Positions 29,870 through 32,000 of a stretch of 32,000 nucleotides of DNA are shown piece by piece (position 1 is the stretch's first letter; the number at the start of each line of letters is the position of its first letter). The position numbers and the translations under genes were made by a program. The notes beneath the pieces were generated by a model, which did not search any database, was not told where the DNA came from, and saw only the letters and a list, made by a program, of their open reading frames with translations. Source of the DNA: Ktedonobacterales bacterium (GTDB taxonomy: Bacteria > Chloroflexota > Ktedonobacteria > Ktedonobacterales > JADMIN01); NCBI GenBank assembly GCA_030167145.1, contig CP126532.1, positions 3,360,001 to 3,392,000 of the forward strand, given 5' to 3'.

Positions 29870-31399
29870 ATGAGCAAGATCTTTATCTGCTATCGCCGTG
29901 ACGATAGCGGCGCCGCCTGCGGTCGCATTTATGAGCACCTGTGCAACCACTTCGGCCGTGGCAACGTCTTCAAAGACGTAGATGCCACTCCCTGGGGCGT
30001 GCGCTTCCCGGATCACCTAGCCCAGCAGCTAACCGCTTGTCGCATCGAACTGGTGCTCATCGGCCGGTTCTGGCTGACCCTCAAAACCGCCGATGGCACC
30101 CGGCGACTGGACGCGCCTGATGACTTTGTGCGCACCGAGATCGAGACGGGGCTACGCTCTGGGAAGATCGTTGTTCCCCTCCCGGTGGACAACGCGACCA
30201 TGCCACATGCCGTCCAATTGCCTGCCAGTATTCGCGAGCTAGTCGAGTTCCAAGGTGCGCAGGTGCGAAATGATCCCGACTTTGACACCGATATGCAGCG
30301 CCTCATTCGCCAAGTAGAAGGCTGGCTTCGCGTTCCGCCACCCGCCGACACTCGACCGACGCCTGGAGCAACTGTTGGTGGTGTGGGCGAATCGCAAGAT
30401 GCGGCAATGCTGCAAGCGCAGATCGAAAAGTTGCTGCAAGAGGTCAGTGCGGTAGGCGATGGCGACCTGCGTGTGCAGGCGGAGGTCACGCCAGACACAC
30501 TCGGCGTGCTCGCGGACTCATTCAACTACATGATCGAAGAACTGGCGAAGGTTGTCGGCCGTGTGCAGGCGACTACCTTTCAGGTGACGAACGGGGCCCG
30601 GCGTCTGCTGGACCGCTTTGCAGAGGTCGCCGATGCCTCGCAGACCCAGGCATATCAAACCTCGCAAACGATGCAAGCGGTGGCCCAACTTGCCGACTTC
30701 GTGCAGCTTACCGCCAGCAACGCTATCTCGGCGGCAGAGGCGGCGCGCGAAACATTGCGGAACGCTGAGGGCGGCCAGCACGCCGTGGTGCAGACCATTG
30801 ATGGCATGGTTCACATCCGCGAAAACGTGCAGGAAACCTCAAAGAAGATCAAGCGCCTGGGCGAGCGCTCGCAGGAGGTCGGTGAAATCGTGCGTCTCGT
30901 CGAAGACGTTGCCGACCAGACCAACCTCCTTGCGCTCAACGCCGCCATCCAGTCGGCGACGGCTGGCGAACATGGGCGCGGCTTTGCCGTGGTCGCCGAA
31001 GAAATCCGAATGTTGGCTGAACGTGTCACCGAGGCCACCAAGCGTATCGCTACGCTCGTCAAGGGCATTCAAGGCGATACCTATGCAGCAGTTGTCGCCA
31101 TGGAGGAGAGCACCCAGGAGGTCGTCAACGGCTCTCGGTTCGCCGACGAAGCTGGTGAGGCGCTGCGTCGTATCTACTCTGTTGTAGACCATCAGGCGCA
31201 GATGATCGAAGACATCGCCCGCGCCGCCGGCGAGCGTACAGAGGCGGCAGAGAAGGTTGCGAGCGCGATGAGCCGTCTAGACGAGATCACGAGCCAGACC
31301 AACACCGCGATGCAGGATGCCAGCGCCGGGGTAATGTATCTCGCGGAGCTTGCCGAACAGTTGCGCGCCTCTGTTGCCACCTTCCGCCTGTCAGAGTAG
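29870..31399 (+). CDS. Soluble TIR - HAMP-like - methyl-accepting chemotaxis protein (MCP) signalling-domain fusion (509 aa)
   Basis: I preferred ATG 29870 (AGGA 11 nt upstream) over the track start at 29777. The N-terminal TIR_2-like region is [24 protein letters not shown]...VLIGRFWL...[11 protein letters not shown]...[13 protein letters not shown]. The HAMP-like part is [30 protein letters not shown]. The MCP hairpin core is [49 protein letters not shown] saw no TM helix. Confidence 0.88.
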   Translation: MSKIFICYRRDDSGAACGRIYEHLCNHFGRGNVFKDVDATPWGVRFPDHLAQQLTACRIELVLIGRFWLTLKTADGTRRLDAPDDFVRTEIETGLRSGKIVVPLPVDNATMPHAVQLPASIRELVEFQGAQVRNDPDFDTDMQRLIRQVEGWLRVPPPADTRPTPGATVGGVGESQDAAMLQAQIEKLLQEVSAVGDGDLRVQAEVTPDTLGVLADSFNYMIEELAKVVGRVQATTFQVTNGARRLLDRFAEVADASQTQAYQTSQTMQAVAQLADFVQLTASNAISAAEAARETLRNAEGGQHAVVQTIDGMVHIRENVQETSKKIKRLGERSQEVGEIVRLVEDVADQTNLLALNAAIQSATAGEHGRGFAVVAEEIRMLAERVTEATKRIATLVKGIQGDTYAAVVAMEESTQEVVNGSRFADEAGEALRRIYSVVDHQAQMIEDIARAAGERTEAAEKVASAMSRLDEITSQTNTAMQDASAGVMYLAELAEQLRASVATFRLSE

Positions 31400-31657
31400 G
31401 CGACGCAATAGTTGCCAGTGCCGCGCGACTAGGTCGCAACCCTGTTCAGGTGAAGAAGTCAAATATGCGGTTATAGGAGAGAAAACAGCCGCACTCTCCG
31501 CGCTCGCCGCTGCCGTCGTCGCTGCTGGCTCCTAAGCCACAGGAAGCCGATGAACCCCATTGTTGTATGGCCCTTTCTGTTCCGTTTCTGCTCTTCCACT
31601 GTGATCGCTGGGTGATTGTCACTGTGGATGAGCATGCGTGCCAGGTGGTCGTGGCTG

Positions 31658-32000
31658 CTAGCCGCCGGTGACGCGGCGGGTGAAGGCGGCAATGAAGATG
31701 CCTTCGATGAGGAGGCCGAAGACGGCTTCGAGGCCGGAGAGGGCGGTGACGGTGTCGTTCTCGGTGAGACCCTTGGGTTGGAGGCCGCGCCCGTGGAAGG
31801 AGGTGACGCTGAGGACGAAGGAGTCGATGATGTTGCGGACGGTGGGGAGGACGAGCGCGTGATTGGCGCCGATCCAGAAGGCGAGTGCGAAGACGGTGAT
31901 GACGGTGGCGTAGGTGGCGAACAGGCGCCAGATTTCGTCGCCGTAGCCTGCGAAGGTGCCGAGGAGCCAGGAGAAGAGCCAGCGCCCATAGTGGCGGCTG
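31658..32000 (-). CDS. Partial CDS (3' end only): channel-like two-helix membrane domain paralogous to the C-terminus of 25138-27087
   Basis: This frame is not in the ORF track because its start lies beyond the window. My translation is ...SRHYGRWLFSWLLGTFAGYGDEIWRLFATYATVITVFALAFWIGANHALVLPTVRNIIDSFVLSVTSFHGRGLQPKGLTENDTVTALSGLEAVFGLLIEGIFIAAFTRRVTGG, stop TAG at 31658-31660. The layout parallels ...LLVGYGYRLHRILITYVLTVALFAALFWL...AIHGRVF...ESIAGIVIESLFVAVLLQRLFSR. Confidence 0.6.
   Translation of the reverse strand, partial: SRHYGRWLFSWLLGTFAGYGDEIWRLFATYATVITVFALAFWIGANHALVLPTVRNIIDSFVLSVTSFHGRGLQPKGLTENDTVTALSGLEAVFGLLIEGIFIAAFTRRVTGG

Noticed and set aside
31471-31989. 172-aa minus-strand ORF from the track
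   Set aside because: It is Ser/Pro/Ala low complexity. A different minus frame (31658-32000) gives a membrane domain clearly paralogous to the C-terminus of 25138-27087.

Overview
Most of this window is high-GC DNA, roughly 60-72 % in the lines I counted. Positions 1-3990 form a lower-GC island (about 40-55 %). I cannot assign a taxon without a search. Four blocks are visible.

(1) 80-3631 (-): one 1183-aa gene in the low-GC island. It encodes a membrane-anchored WD40 / Roc-type GTPase / COR-like / zinc-ribbon / TIR protein.

(2) About 4.06-25.1 kb: a phage-like element. Its leftward arm (4058-5896 and 7661-12164) holds ten tightly coupled ORFs with no function I recognise, several with zinc ribbons or a SWIM finger. 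Two large non-coding, repeat-dense regions lie at 5.9-7.65 kb and 12.17-14.15 kb. Its rightward arm (14153-25072) is a complete head and packaging module: prohead protease-scaffold fusion, HK97-like major capsid protein, connector-like and adaptor-like proteins, portal, TerS-like protein, TerL and a C39-like peptidase. I found no recognisable tail, integrase or replicase gene.

(3) 25.1-32 kb: a pentapeptide-repeat protein with a channel-like C-terminus, with a second paralogous channel domain cut by the window end. This block also holds a small protein with an internal duplication, an SF1-helicase C-terminal remnant, a membrane-anchored protein, and a soluble TIR-HAMP-MCP signalling-domain fusion.

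(4) Several families of small GC-rich hairpin repeats occur throughout. One roughly 40-nt element has six copies. Two copies sit inside coding sequences, one is nested in another copy, and two have paralogous sites that lack the element.

All functional calls come from motifs read by eye. No database search was possible.
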